A DNA stretch of 64,000 nt from Phycisphaerae bacterium (GCA_963666835.2 CAXXGO010000003.1:128001-192000), one strand, 5' to 3'. Shown: positions 28,359 through 38,833, numbered from the stretch's first letter. Notes: generated by a model not told the origin, from the letters alone. Translations and numbers: made by a program.

Positions 28359-28844
28359 ATGCCCCCGCCGATTCGGATTGTCGGTTGCGGGCGCCGGTCG
28401 ATGGGGGACGACCAGGCTGGGCTGCTGGTCGCCGAGCGCTTGTGGCAAATGCACCTGCCCCGCGCCGAGGTTGTGGTCGACGAAGCTCCCGGAAGCGAGC
28501 TGGCCGGCGGGCTCTCCGAAGAGGTCGAGTTACTCGTGGTGGTCGACGCCGCTTTGGCCGATGCCGTGCATGCCGCCGGGTCGTTCGAGCGTATCGACTA
28601 CCGATCCAACCCTCAGATCATCAAATCGAGGACACGCGCCGATACCCATTCGTTGAGTGTCGCTACGGGGCTGGAACTGGCCGAGACGCTCGGTCTTCTT
28701 CCGAAGACCGTCTGGGTATACGCGATCTTCGGAAAGGACTTCACGCGCCGGCTGGACCTTTGCCCCGAGACCGCCGCCGGCATTGAACCGCTGGCCGAAC
28801 GGATAAAGAGCGACCTGGGCAATTGGCCAGCCGCTGGCAAGTGA
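28359..28844 (+). CDS. Hydrogenase maturation protease
   Basis: GCG...GDDQAG, VVVDA, DTH motifs; directly after the large subunit. Confidence 0.88.
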   Translation: MPPPIRIVGCGRRSMGDDQAGLLVAERLWQMHLPRAEVVVDEAPGSELAGGLSEEVELLVVVDAALADAVHAAGSFERIDYRSNPQIIKSRTRADTHSLSVATGLELAETLGLLPKTVWVYAIFGKDFTRRLDLCPETAAGIEPLAERIKSDLGNWPAAGK

Positions 28845-29002
28845 CCCTAGACCTGTGGAATCCCCGTCCTTCCGGCGAGGGTTGTATGTAGAGTCAGCGA
28901 GTTTTCGCGCGGCAAGTCCAGGGCGGTGCCGCGCTGCGGCAATCCTCGCCGCACCATGCAAGCGCGGTAGGGCGTGCGCTTACGCGGTGGTTGCCCGGCC
29001 GA

Positions 29003-29737
29003 TCACAGCGTGTTGTATGCCCCGACCACGTGACTGCATAGTAGGTTCGCGAAGCGCTCAAATGTCAAGTCCCGCGCCGGTTCTACGAAGCGACCCCGCG
29101 CCCCGCCCGGTTTGCTCGACAGAAGTAGGCACGCCGCATCGTAGCAGCGCTCGCGCATCAAGCGTCGCACCGACTCCTCACAGCGGCGAGCATACGATGC
29201 CTCGCGGTAGTACTCAAAGACCGGGAAGTGCTTTTCGTGGACGCCGACCGGACACGTTGAGGCTTCCGCTTCCTCCAGTAACATCAGGTAGCCGAGGAAC
29301 GGGCGCGGCGACGTCTGGAATGCGCCTTCTCGGTAGGCAGTCCAGAGGTCGCTTGAATTGCCGACTGCTTCCTCTACGCGGTTGTTGTAGTTGTTGCCGA
29401 ATGAGGGGCCGCAGAGGGATTTGAACTCAACTGCCGCCAGCAGTGACCCGCCGGCTACGACAACGAGATCCCACTGTTTGGTAGGTCGGAAGAAGCCCGG
29501 AAGCGTAAGATCGTTTCGTCCCGTGTGGAAGATCATGTCCGCAGGCAGCCCTTCCTCAGCGAGCAAACCCGCAACGAGTTCGGTGAACCCATCCAGTTGT
29601 TTGCCTCCGGTTGCGGCCGTGCGATTACCGTAGTCACGTTTGCCCGTAAGTGAGCCCCGGTGCTTCTTCTGCCTTGTTCGGGTCTTCCAGAAGTGCTTGA
29701 CGGCGGCTGCGATTCGAACCTCAATGTTTTGCATCAT
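29003..29737 (-). CDS. PaeR7I/XhoI-family type II restriction endonuclease
   Basis: LPGFFRPTKQWDLVV, EFKS, SFGNNYNNRVEEA. Confidence 0.85.
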   Translation of the reverse strand: MMQNIEVRIAAAVKHFWKTRTRQKKHRGSLTGKRDYGNRTAATGGKQLDGFTELVAGLLAEEGLPADMIFHTGRNDLTLPGFFRPTKQWDLVVVAGGSLLAAVEFKSLCGPSFGNNYNNRVEEAVGNSSDLWTAYREGAFQTSPRPFLGYLMLLEEAEASTCPVGVHEKHFPVFEYYREASYARRCEESVRRLMRERCYDAACLLLSSKPGGARGRFVEPARDLTFERFANLLCSHVVGAYNTL

Positions 29738-30746
29738 CAACATCCGAGGGGATTACGTTGATCTCGGTCTCGCTGAACATGTCGATGGCTTCCGACTTGA
29801 CGCGGCGGCACGCGGCCTTGAAGTACTCCGGATCGATCTCGACCCCGATGCTATTGCGCCCGGATTTTGATGCCGCCAGCGTGGTTGTACCCGTACCCAT
29901 GAATGGATCCAGGACAGTGTCGCCGACGAAGCTGAACATTCGGACTAGCCGCTCGGCCAGATCGAGCGGGTACGGTGCCGGGTGGTGTTTCGTCGATGCA
30001 CCTGTGACCCCGGTCCAGATCTGTTGAAACCACTTCTGATGGTCTTCGGCGGAGATCAGGCTCAGAATCCTCGTTGGCAGCGTTGGCTTGCGATAGCCGC
30101 CCGGTCTGCGCAGCATGAGGATGAACTCGACATCGTTCTTGATGACTGCGTTGGGCTCGTACGGCTTTCCGAGGAACCCGCCGGCACCTTCAACCTCGTA
30201 GACGGCGTTAGCGATCTTGTGCCAGATGATCGGGGCGAGGTTATCGAACCCGATGTTGCGGCAGCGATGCTGAATGGACGAATGCAAAGGCACAACGGTG
30301 TGGCGACCGTTGTTCTTGCGACGGGAAAGGCAGACATCGCCGACAACGCAGATCAGCCTTCCGCCGGGCACGAGCGCGTCGTGGCACCGTTGCCATACTT
30401 GGTCGAGTTCGTCGAGAAAGGCGTCGTAATCTCCAACGTGGCCGAGCTGGCCGGGAGTATCGTTGTATTTCTTAAGTGTCCAGTACGGCGGGGACGTGAC
30501 CACGAGATGTACGGATCCCGGTGCCAGAAAGTCCAAATGCCGGGCATCACCCAGACAGAGATCATGTCGCGTCGGCACTGAGCGGACCGCCGATTCAATC
30601 TGGGCCATTAGACTCCGCTCGCGCGCGATTCTTGGGAGGTCGCGCTGCGGATCCGCCAGGCTGTGGCATGCTTCGGGGATAAGCGACCACAACTCATCTG
30701 TCGCGTCGGTTCGTTCTCTCAGTGTTTTCACGCCGGTCGTGGGCAT
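29721..30746 (-). CDS. Site-specific DNA methyltransferase (N4C/N6A, beta class)
   Basis: TSPPY catalytic motif N-terminal to HPAPYP and DPFMGTGTT. Confidence 0.92.
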   Translation of the reverse strand: MPTTGVKTLRERTDATDELWSLIPEACHSLADPQRDLPRIARERSLMAQIESAVRSVPTRHDLCLGDARHLDFLAPGSVHLVVTSPPYWTLKKYNDTPGQLGHVGDYDAFLDELDQVWQRCHDALVPGGRLICVVGDVCLSRRKNNGRHTVVPLHSSIQHRCRNIGFDNLAPIIWHKIANAVYEVEGAGGFLGKPYEPNAVIKNDVEFILMLRRPGGYRKPTLPTRILSLISAEDHQKWFQQIWTGVTGASTKHHPAPYPLDLAERLVRMFSFVGDTVLDPFMGTGTTTLAASKSGRNSIGVEIDPEYFKAACRRVKSEAIDMFSETEINVIPSDVDDAKH

Positions 30747-31309
30747 ACTGGAGATCCCTCGTGTCCGGTTACGCCAGCCGGCACTATTGTCGTGCCCCCA
30801 GGATGTCTTGCTGTCCCCCACACGTCGTTCGCGTCCGTTCGGTGGGTCATGAGGTTTCGCATCTGGATGCCGGCATTGCCGGAACGGCCGGTTAAGCCCG
30901 GCGTGCCGAGACAGACCAGCATAAAGGGAGCATTACTCGCAACCGCCATAGGCGATTGTTGGCGTTGGGGGGCCGGTGTCAAGCTACGGGAAGTGGCGGC
31001 ATGGGCATGATCCGCGGATTGGTTGTGCAGCAAGGCGGCTGAGGCGGTGCCGCGCGGCCGGATCACCTCATTTTTGCGGGTTTAGCGAAATCGATCGACG
31101 CCTCATCAAGGCTGACTAACAGCGATTGCTCCGTAGATTCGCTGCCCGTTGTTTCGGTCGAGTCACTCACCGCCACCGGTTTTGATCCGAATGACCTCGT
31201 GATTGAGGGCACAGAGCAGTTGGTTGCGTGCCGGGCAGCTCTTCTCGTAAGGAGCCTGAACTATAGGTGTTGCGCCGGGGCAGGCCGGGTTCCCTCGACT
31301 GCCGTCTGG

Positions 31310-34300
31310 CTAGTTCTCCAAATCGGCCAGGTGTGCTTGCAGCGAGGTCTTCTGGGTTAGCAGATCGTCCAGCCGCTCCCGCTCGGCCTCGACGATCTCC
31401 GGCTTGGCGTTGGCGCGGAATTTCTCGTTTCCTAGTTTCGCCTCCTTGCCGGCAATCTGCTTATCGATCTGGGCAAGGGATTTCGTCGTTCGAGCCCGTT
31501 CGGCCTCGTCATTGCTGATGTCGTGGACGAAGATTCGCATCCCGTGTACGGCGATGCTGGCCGCGTTTTTCGGGCGCGTGGCGTCAGCGTCTACCCTGAG
31601 GTTCTCGATCTTCGCCATGTGCTTGACGACGTGTGCTTGGGCCTCGAATGCCGCGGCGTGTTCCGACGGAGGGGCGACGGTTACGTCGACTTTCTGCTTG
31701 GGGGGGATGCTGTGTTGGCTGCGCAACTCCCGTACCCCGCGGGTGGCATCCTGCAGCCCGCCGAAAGTCGCCAGGATTTTCGGGTCGTCCAACGCAGGAT
31801 ATCCTGCCTCAGGCGGAAACTCTGCCAGGATGAGCATCGGGTCAGCCTTAAGGTCGGTGATACCGGGAAGCCCGCGCTGCGGGGTGGTCTTGTTAAGTTC
31901 GCTCCAGATTCGCTCGGTGATAAACGGAAGAGTGGGGTGGAACAGCCGCAGAATCTGATCCATAACGAAGGCCAGCACTTGCTTGGCAGTCCGTCGTTCG
32001 GCTTCTCCCCGCTCTCCGAGCATCCGTGGTTTGGTCAGCTCGATATACCAATCGCAGACGGAGTCCCAGAAGAACTCGCGCAGCTCCCTGATCGACGCAG
32101 AGAACTGATAGGTCTGGACGTTACGGTGATAGACGCGGATTGTCTGGGAAAGTCCCGCGAGGATCCAGCGGTCCTCCGGCGCCAGTGCGGCCGGATCGAG
32201 CCTGTCGCACGGGGCGCCGTCCAAGTTGGTCAAAGCGAAGCGGGCGGCGTTCCACAGTTTGTTGCAGAAGTTGCGACCCATGTCGAACTTGTCGGACGTC
32301 TCCCGGGCGACGGTCAGTTCCTTCTTCAGCTCCGCGCCGGCCCATTGGGTGGCGAATTCCGTGCTACAATGTGGGCACTTGACCCGAAGGCAGTCGGCGG
32401 GCTGCAGCTTACGCACGAGCTTCTGCCCGCGAGACTTGCGGTCTTGTTCTTCGGCTTTCAGCGCAAGAGCCTGGTCGACGAGCTTAGTGCAGTGCGGACA
32501 AACGTATTCCACCGGCATGCGGATGTCCTGCGTTTCCGTGGTCATGTCGGCCATCGTGTAGCGCAAAGCATCGGCGCCGTGAGTGTGGAGGATGTCAACC
32601 GGGTCCACGCCGTTACCCTTCGATTTGCTCATGGTCTCGCCGCGCCCGTCGAGGATCTTCGGGTGAACGTACACGTGGTCGAAGGGCACGTCCCCGATGG
32701 CATAAAGCCCGAACATCACCATGCGGGCGACCCAATTCGTGATGATGTCGCGCGAAGTCACCAACACGGTGCCCGGGTAATATTGCTTCAGGCTTTCCGT
32801 CTCGTCCGGCCAACCTTGGGTGCTGAACGGCCACAACGCCGAGCTGAACCAGGTGTCGAGGACATCGTCGTCGCGGCTGAAGCCGTGACGTTCGAGTCCT
32901 TCCGCGGTCACTGGTTTGCTGTCGTCGCTTTCCAGGCAGACGTAGAGGTCGTACTCCCCGGCGGATTCCTGAACGGCCGCCCGCAATGCGCCGGGCTCTA
33001 CCGGCTCACCGTTGTCAGCCCGGCAGATTACCAAAGCGGCGTCCTCTGCCCGGCCTTCGATAATCGCACCGAGCCCGGCCGGACCGCTGAGGTGTTTCTC
33101 GTAGTTGGCCCCATCCAGAGTGACGCGCCGGTGCCAGATCGGTATACGGTGTCCCCACCACAATTGCCGGCCGATACACCAGTCGCGCTTCTCACCCAGC
33201 CAGTCCAGGTAGCTTTTAGTGTACCTTTCCGGGAAGATCCCGACCCGCCCGTCGTCAATGGTGTCTATCGCCGCCTGAGCCAGTCCGAGTGCCTCCGTGC
33301 CGTCACCAAGCGACACATGCCGGTCTCCGGTCAGGACGAACCACTGGTCGGATAGATAGGGTTCGATCGCGGTCTTACTGCGGTCGCTGTGCCCGATCTC
33401 GACGTCGTGATCCTCTATCTCGTGCAGCAAGCCCCGAGCTTCCAGATCGGCGACCACCTTATCCCGACCCTCCGTGGAGAACTCCAGCCCCTCGTAGAGT
33501 TCGCTCTGCGGGTTCGGCGATCCGTCCGGCTCTACGATTGCAGCGATTCTCCCGGTGGCAGTCAGCACGTTTATCATGGGCAGAGCGTGGCGCAGCCCGA
33601 CTTCATAATCGTTGGGATCGTGAGCCGGGGTGATCTTGACGCATCCGCTGCCCAGCATAGGTTTAGCCCAGTCGTCCGCGATAAGCGGGATTTCACGCTC
33701 GACTAACGGGAGCATCAGCTTCCGGCCGGCCCGAGCCATGTCCCGCAAAGTCACGAGCCGGGCAAGGTGGGACTCGCGGCGCGCGGCCAGCGCTTCGAGC
33801 TTGCTTTCGGCTTCGACCTTGTCCTTGCCGGTGCTTTCGGTGGCGGCTTCCCGCAGGCGCGCCTCCTCCTTCTCGAAGAACCCCTCCGGATCGGGGTGGA
33901 CGGCGACGGCCGTGTCGCCCAGCATCGTCTCCGGCCGCGTGGTTGCGATGATCACATGTTCGGGCTCGCCCGGCTGCGGGTCGATCACGGGGTACTTGAA
34001 GTGCCAGAAATGTCCATTGACGGTCTCGTAATAGACTTCGTCGTTGGACACAGCCGTTTGCAGTTCGGTATCCCAGTTCACCAGGCGCTTACCGCGGACG
34101 ATAAGACCGTCCTTGAACAGGTTGAAGAACTGCCGGCGTACGGCTCGGGCACACACGTCGTCCAGGGTGAACCGGGTCCGCTCCCAGTCGCACGATGAAC
34201 CCATCAACTGGAGTTGACCGAGGATTCGCTTCTCGTATTCGTCCTTCCAGGCCCAGATGCGTCTGACCAGTTCCTCCCGGCCCAAGTCGTGGCGGCTCTT

Positions 34301-34621
34301 GCCTTCGAGTTCGCGAATGCGCCGCTCTACGACTGCCTGGGTGGCGATCCCGGCATGGTCCGTTCCGGGCTGCCACAGCGTGTTAAAGCCGCGCATACGG
34401 TGATAGCGAGTCAGGATGTCTTGAAGCGTGCAGTTCAGGGCGTGGCCAAGGTGCAGAGCGCCGGTGACGTTGGGAAGCGGGATGACGATTACAAACGTCC
34501 GCTCGTGTGGGCTGCCGTCGGGCGTTGCCCGGAACGCGCCCGCCTGCTCCCAGGCAGCGTACACCTTTGGTTCGACATCAAGCGGGTCGTAGACGGAATC
34601 CAAAACGGGGTTCTCGGCCAT
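31310..34621 (-). CDS. valS: Valine--tRNA ligase
   Basis: PNVTGALHLGH, DHAGIATQ, DWCIGRQLWWGHRIP, DTWFSS, TMSKS; C-terminal coiled coil. Confidence 0.96.
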   Translation of the reverse strand: MAENPVLDSVYDPLDVEPKVYAAWEQAGAFRATPDGSPHERTFVIVIPLPNVTGALHLGHALNCTLQDILTRYHRMRGFNTLWQPGTDHAGIATQAVVERRIRELEGKSRHDLGREELVRRIWAWKDEYEKRILGQLQLMGSSCDWERTRFTLDDVCARAVRRQFFNLFKDGLIVRGKRLVNWDTELQTAVSNDEVYYETVNGHFWHFKYPVIDPQPGEPEHVIIATTRPETMLGDTAVAVHPDPEGFFEKEEARLREAATESTGKDKVEAESKLEALAARRESHLARLVTLRDMARAGRKLMLPLVEREIPLIADDWAKPMLGSGCVKITPAHDPNDYEVGLRHALPMINVLTATGRIAAIVEPDGSPNPQSELYEGLEFSTEGRDKVVADLEARGLLHEIEDHDVEIGHSDRSKTAIEPYLSDQWFVLTGDRHVSLGDGTEALGLAQAAIDTIDDGRVGIFPERYTKSYLDWLGEKRDWCIGRQLWWGHRIPIWHRRVTLDGANYEKHLSGPAGLGAIIEGRAEDAALVICRADNGEPVEPGALRAAVQESAGEYDLYVCLESDDSKPVTAEGLERHGFSRDDDVLDTWFSSALWPFSTQGWPDETESLKQYYPGTVLVTSRDIITNWVARMVMFGLYAIGDVPFDHVYVHPKILDGRGETMSKSKGNGVDPVDILHTHGADALRYTMADMTTETQDIRMPVEYVCPHCTKLVDQALALKAEEQDRKSRGQKLVRKLQPADCLRVKCPHCSTEFATQWAGAELKKELTVARETSDKFDMGRNFCNKLWNAARFALTNLDGAPCDRLDPAALAPEDRWILAGLSQTIRVYHRNVQTYQFSASIRELREFFWDSVCDWYIELTKPRMLGERGEAERRTAKQVLAFVMDQILRLFHPTLPFITERIWSELNKTTPQRGLPGITDLKADPMLILAEFPPEAGYPALDDPKILATFGGLQDATRGVRELRSQHSIPPKQKVDVTVAPPSEHAAAFEAQAHVVKHMAKIENLRVDADATRPKNAASIAVHGMRIFVHDISNDEAERARTTKSLAQIDKQIAGKEAKLGNEKFRANAKPEIVEAERERLDDLLTQKTSLQAHLADLEN

Positions 34622-34889
34622 CTTGTCAGTTCTCGAATCCAGGGTTTCTCCGAAAGATGAATCGGAAGGTAGAGTAATGACCTGAAAAGTCAAACAGAGA
34701 GGGTGCTTAAAGGCTGCGGGCGGCGTGGACCTGGGTGTTCTACCCGTCCGCCGCAAAGTGAGCAGAAGGGGATAGCGGACCGGGGAAGATAAGGCCGCTC
34801 CACCGCGGGCGGTGAGACATCCACTCCGGCATCACAACGAGCTGCACCGTCGCGTCATCCTGAAAGAACCCGCGCTTCTCCGCGGGCTG

Positions 34890-35768
34890 CTAGGAAGCGA
34901 CGCTCTCCAGGTTTACGCCGAGCTGGCTCGCGGCGGCATCGGCCGTGTGGTCGATCAGAGTGGCGATGGTCATGGGGCCGACTCCTCCCGGGACCGGAGT
35001 TATCAGAGACGCCGGCTCGATCGCGCCCTCGAAATCCACATCGCCGATGATGCCCTCGTTGTAGCCGGCGTCGATGATGACCGCTCCGAGCTTGACCCAG
35101 CCGCCTTTCACGAAGCGCGGTTTACCCACGGCGGCGATCACGATATCCGCATGCCGGACCAGATTCGGCAGCGAGCGGGTTCGGGAGTGGCACAGGGTTA
35201 CCGTGGCGTGGGCGTTAATGAGCATGGAGGCCATCGGCCGCCCGAGGATCGGGCTTCGCCCGATAACAACTGCGTGGGCCCCGTCTATTTCGACCTTGTA
35301 TTCGTTGAGCAGGTGCATGATACCCGCCGGCGTGCAAGGGACGAACGCCGGCATGCCCAGTATAACCCGCCCCAGCGTGGCCGAGCTGACCCCGTCGACG
35401 TCCTTCTCCGGCATTATCGCCTCGAACGCGGCCCGTTTGTCGATTGGTTTCGGCACCGGGTGCTGCAGGAGGATTCCGTGAATGGCTTTGTCCGCTCCGA
35501 GTCGACGAAGTTCGGCGGTTAGCTCCTCCGTCGTCGTACCCTCGGGCATCTCGATGCGCACCGGACGCATGCCCGCATCTTCGCACCGCTTCCGCTTCAT
35601 CCGGGTGTACGTGACGGACGCCGGGTCCGTGCCGACCAGCACCGTAGCCAGAGCGGGTACTACCCCGGAAGCCTCGCGAATCTGCTCTACCTTTGCCGCG
35701 GCACGCTCAAGCACCCGCTTGGCCAGGGGCCGACCATCCATTAGCTTCGCGTTGTTTATTCTGTCCAT
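34890..35768 (-). CDS. folD: Bifunctional methylenetetrahydrofolate dehydrogenase/cyclohydrolase
   Basis: KDVDG, PCTPAG, GRSPILGRP, TPVPGGVGPMT. Confidence 0.95.
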   Translation of the reverse strand: MDRINNAKLMDGRPLAKRVLERAAAKVEQIREASGVVPALATVLVGTDPASVTYTRMKRKRCEDAGMRPVRIEMPEGTTTEELTAELRRLGADKAIHGILLQHPVPKPIDKRAAFEAIMPEKDVDGVSSATLGRVILGMPAFVPCTPAGIMHLLNEYKVEIDGAHAVVIGRSPILGRPMASMLINAHATVTLCHSRTRSLPNLVRHADIVIAAVGKPRFVKGGWVKLGAVIIDAGYNEGIIGDVDFEGAIEPASLITPVPGGVGPMTIATLIDHTADAAASQLGVNLESVAS

Positions 35769-35902
35769 CGACGGAGTATACCAGGGAACCGGCGGCAAGT
35801 CAGGCGAGCGGGCGGAACCCGGAGGATCGGGGCACTCGACCCCTACGCCGCTTCTTGCGCCGGTGGCGTGCTCTGTCGCGGGCGGATTGGAAGGTCGGCA
35901 GC

Positions 35903-36814
35903 TCATTCCGTAAAAGCCGCTTCGGCCCACTCCTCGAGCTGTTCCAGGTCGGTCGTGATCGTGCGACCGTTCTCGATGCTGATGGTGATCTCTCCGGTGG
36001 TAGGGGAGGTCTCGCTGAACGTGATCGTCATGGCGCGGATAGCCGGGCCGTCTACGACGACAACGCCGCTGAAGGGTACCAGGCAGTAATACTCTTCGAG
36101 GGAGATCTGCACGTTCTCCATCGTGAGGGACCATTCGTCCTGTTGCTCGGAGACGGTTCCGGTGTATTCCTCGATGGTCGTAATATCGCAACACCCTGTC
36201 AGAACGGGCATGTATGTGCCCCGGCCTTCGCCGGCAGTGGAGACCGTGTCTCCGTCGGAGTTCCAGGTCAGGTCCCAATCACCTTCTACCGACACGCCCG
36301 GGACTAACAACCCGAGAGCAAGGTTGGCCGAGCCGGACAGGGACTCGTCGTTGCACGTGATGTCGTTGAACTCGAGTCCCACCGCCAGGCCGGTAGCACT
36401 CACCGTGCCGCTGGCGCTGCCTGAGCAAACGAGGGTGAACTCCTCGTCTGCGGTAAAGGCCGTGCAGGGCTCATCGCCAAAGTCGATCGTTATCGTCAGG
36501 TCATCTTCGAGTATCGATCCCGTCTTGGTCACCTCGGGGCACGTTCCGAAAGTGATGTCCGGGAGGTCAAGCTGGCGCGACCCTCTGGTTTTGGCCTCAG
36601 TGTCAATATCGCCGGTGGAGGTTTGAGTTACGTCGGTCGACTGAGCCAGCGCGCTGGTGGCGGCGACCGCCGCCTTCATGGCACGAGCCTCACTTCCGGT
36701 TATGTCCTCGGGGTTTGTGTCATCATCCGGAGTGCGTACTACGCAGCCTGCCATGGTCCCCAAGGCCAGCAACGCCACCGCGATCATGCCTAGGCCGAAT
36801 CGCCAGTTTCTCAT
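35903..36814 (-). CDS. Acidic beta-rich hypothetical lipoprotein
   Basis: Lipobox MAGC; Thr/Asp/Glu-rich; AGGAG RBS. Confidence 0.7.
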   Translation of the reverse strand: MRNWRFGLGMIAVALLALGTMAGCVVRTPDDDTNPEDITGSEARAMKAAVAATSALAQSTDVTQTSTGDIDTEAKTRGSRQLDLPDITFGTCPEVTKTGSILEDDLTITIDFGDEPCTAFTADEEFTLVCSGSASGTVSATGLAVGLEFNDITCNDESLSGSANLALGLLVPGVSVEGDWDLTWNSDGDTVSTAGEGRGTYMPVLTGCCDITTIEEYTGTVSEQQDEWSLTMENVQISLEEYYCLVPFSGVVVVDGPAIRAMTITFSETSPTTGEITISIENGRTITTDLEQLEEWAEAAFTE

Positions 36815-36923
36815 TATCTTGCTCCTGCGGGATACCCGTTATCCGGTTCAAGTTCATCAAATGTTCTCGGACGACCGCTCGGATGGGCTCCGAGCCGGCG
36901 CGCCGTTGCGTATCTCGGCTGAC

Positions 36924-36967
36924 AGCCCTTTGGGCTTTCTCGGGCAGGCTGGAAGCCTGCGTTACGT
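36924..36967. repeat. REP-like palindromes
   Basis: AGCCCTTTGGGCT hairpin; GCAGGCTGGAAGCCTGCGTTACGT is the reverse complement of the family at 6641-6664. Confidence 0.55.
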
Positions 36968-37362
36968 CCTTTCGGCTGACGACCCCGACGACCTTGAGCC
37001 GAACGAGGGGATCTGGGAAAGCCGGCAACTCGGCCCGGCCGGTGGGGGATATGACGGACATTCCCTGGTAGTCTGCCCTCGTTGCTCTATGCATTCTCGC
37101 CGGGCAAGCCGAGCGGGTCTGTCCGATTCGGTGCGGGTCTACGAAGGCGGCGTCGCGAGGCATACTCGCCGGGGCCCGGTTCTGCCGAACGTAGCGTAGA
37201 CCACGGCTGGCCTCGACAAGACGCCCGGAATGCCGTCGACCAAGTGGGGCGGAGACGCAATAACACCTCTGCCCGTGGTCCGTCATAGGTCGTAGTCGCA
37301 AAGGTATGGGTGGTCGGGGCATCCTGTTGGAAGCCGAAACTCGTTTGCTGGAGTGTGGAGTC

Positions 37363-38769
37363 ATGATTGTGCGGTTCTTGTGCGTGGCAGGAGTGCTGTC
37401 GGCGATGTCGGCTACGGTCGCCGCAGATGATCCCGAGACCATTCGGTTGCGCGAAGCAGAGTACGAAGTCTGGCCGCTCGACGATTTGATTGAACGTGGG
37501 TTCGATTTGCAGCCGGTCCCCCGTGCGGAGAACGCGGCGTGGATATACATCGATGCCATTAACGCATACGTTGAGCTTCCTCCGGAATTGGAGGCCGCAC
37601 TGGATTACGCCAGCACCACGGCATGGCCCGTCGGTCACGCCGGATTCGCCGAGTATATGGCCGCTCCCGGTAACCGCACGGCCTTGATGAAGGTGCGGGA
37701 GGCGTCGCGTTTGGATCGCTGTCAGATTCCGTACTTCGGCGATTCAAGCGGCAGTATCATGTCGGTGTTGTTGCCCAGTCTGTCCGGGTTTCGATCCCTG
37801 GGAAAACTAGAAGCTTGCGAAGGACGCCGGCTGGAAAGCAACCTCGAATATGTTCAGGCGCTGGAGTGTTACATAACGGCGATGCGTACGGGGGAGCATG
37901 TTGGGCAGGGGATGACCCTGATTGAAGGGTTGGTGGGGATTGCTATCTGGACAATGGCGGAGCGAGCGTCAATGGACTTGGTCCTTCGTCGCCCTTTGTC
38001 GCTCGAACAGCTTAGAGGTTTGCAGCGCGAACTGGCGAAAAGAGCGTTGCGGGTGCCGACGGCCAAGAGAGGGCTGGAGGGAGAGCGTACGTTCGGCCCG
38101 GCGTTGATCGATGAGCTTTGCGCGCATCCTCTGCGCATTCCGGCTAATATCGCCGGGGAGTTCGCCGCGGAGCCTGGAGATTGGCTGGGTACTCCCGACG
38201 CCTGTTCCAACCCTCACGAGGGATGGGGTAAGCTCGAACTTTGCGTCGGCCAACTCATCTTCCCGGATCGGACCATTAAGAAGCACATGCTCGGTTTCTA
38301 CGATCTGGTATGCCGGCGGGCCGAGAATGGCCCGAGTATGGATCCAAAGCTCGAGTTTGATGAAGCCGAGTACGTCCGCCGCAGTATCCCTGTGTGGGAT
38401 GTGTTCTCACGTAGCCTGCTTCCCTCGTTATCCCGGGCGACTCTGCTCGGGGAACGGGCGCAGGCAGAGATGGCGCTGCTACGAACCGCGGTTGCCCTGC
38501 GAATACGCATGTTGGAGAACGACGGGGCAATTCCGTCGTCGTTGGCCGAGCTTGACGGGAAGCTGCCTCGCGAGGTGATGGTCGACCCGTTTGGCGGCGC
38601 GCAGCTCGTCTACCGCGTGACGGAAAACGGATGGCGGTTGTACAGCCTGGGACCGAACCTGATTGATGACGGGGGCCAGCGCGCGGAACGCTGGGATAGC
38701 CTGGACCTGGCGTATCAGTATCCGCCGTTGCCCGTTGAACCGTTCCTGCTGCCGGAAAGGGAGGAGTAG
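37363..38769 (+). CDS. Secreted helical protein with GspG-like C-terminal domain
   Basis: Signal peptide; PSSLAEL...DPFGG...LYSLGPNLIDDGG. Confidence 0.65.
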   Translation: MIVRFLCVAGVLSAMSATVAADDPETIRLREAEYEVWPLDDLIERGFDLQPVPRAENAAWIYIDAINAYVELPPELEAALDYASTTAWPVGHAGFAEYMAAPGNRTALMKVREASRLDRCQIPYFGDSSGSIMSVLLPSLSGFRSLGKLEACEGRRLESNLEYVQALECYITAMRTGEHVGQGMTLIEGLVGIAIWTMAERASMDLVLRRPLSLEQLRGLQRELAKRALRVPTAKRGLEGERTFGPALIDELCAHPLRIPANIAGEFAAEPGDWLGTPDACSNPHEGWGKLELCVGQLIFPDRTIKKHMLGFYDLVCRRAENGPSMDPKLEFDEAEYVRRSIPVWDVFSRSLLPSLSRATLLGERAQAEMALLRTAVALRIRMLENDGAIPSSLAELDGKLPREVMVDPFGGAQLVYRVTENGWRLYSLGPNLIDDGGQRAERWDSLDLAYQYPPLPVEPFLLPEREE

Positions 38770-38833
38770 ACGGATGGACTTGCACCGAACCTATTTCGGT
38801 TTCCTATCGATACCACGGATGAAGGTCGAACGA

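Noticed and set aside
30747..31309. RM controller (C protein) or integrase remnant upstream of the methyltransferase
   Set aside because: No HTH or recombinase motifs and no att-like direct repeats found
31523..33355. 610-aa ORF antisense to valS (similar long antisense ORFs at 7790-9043, 46839-47978, 48673-49857 and 740-1735)
   Set aside because: Shadow ORFs expected from high-GC codon bias opposite well-supported genes; no recognisable motifs
34622..34889. T-box leader for valS
   Set aside because: No T-box consensus or terminator/antiterminator visible
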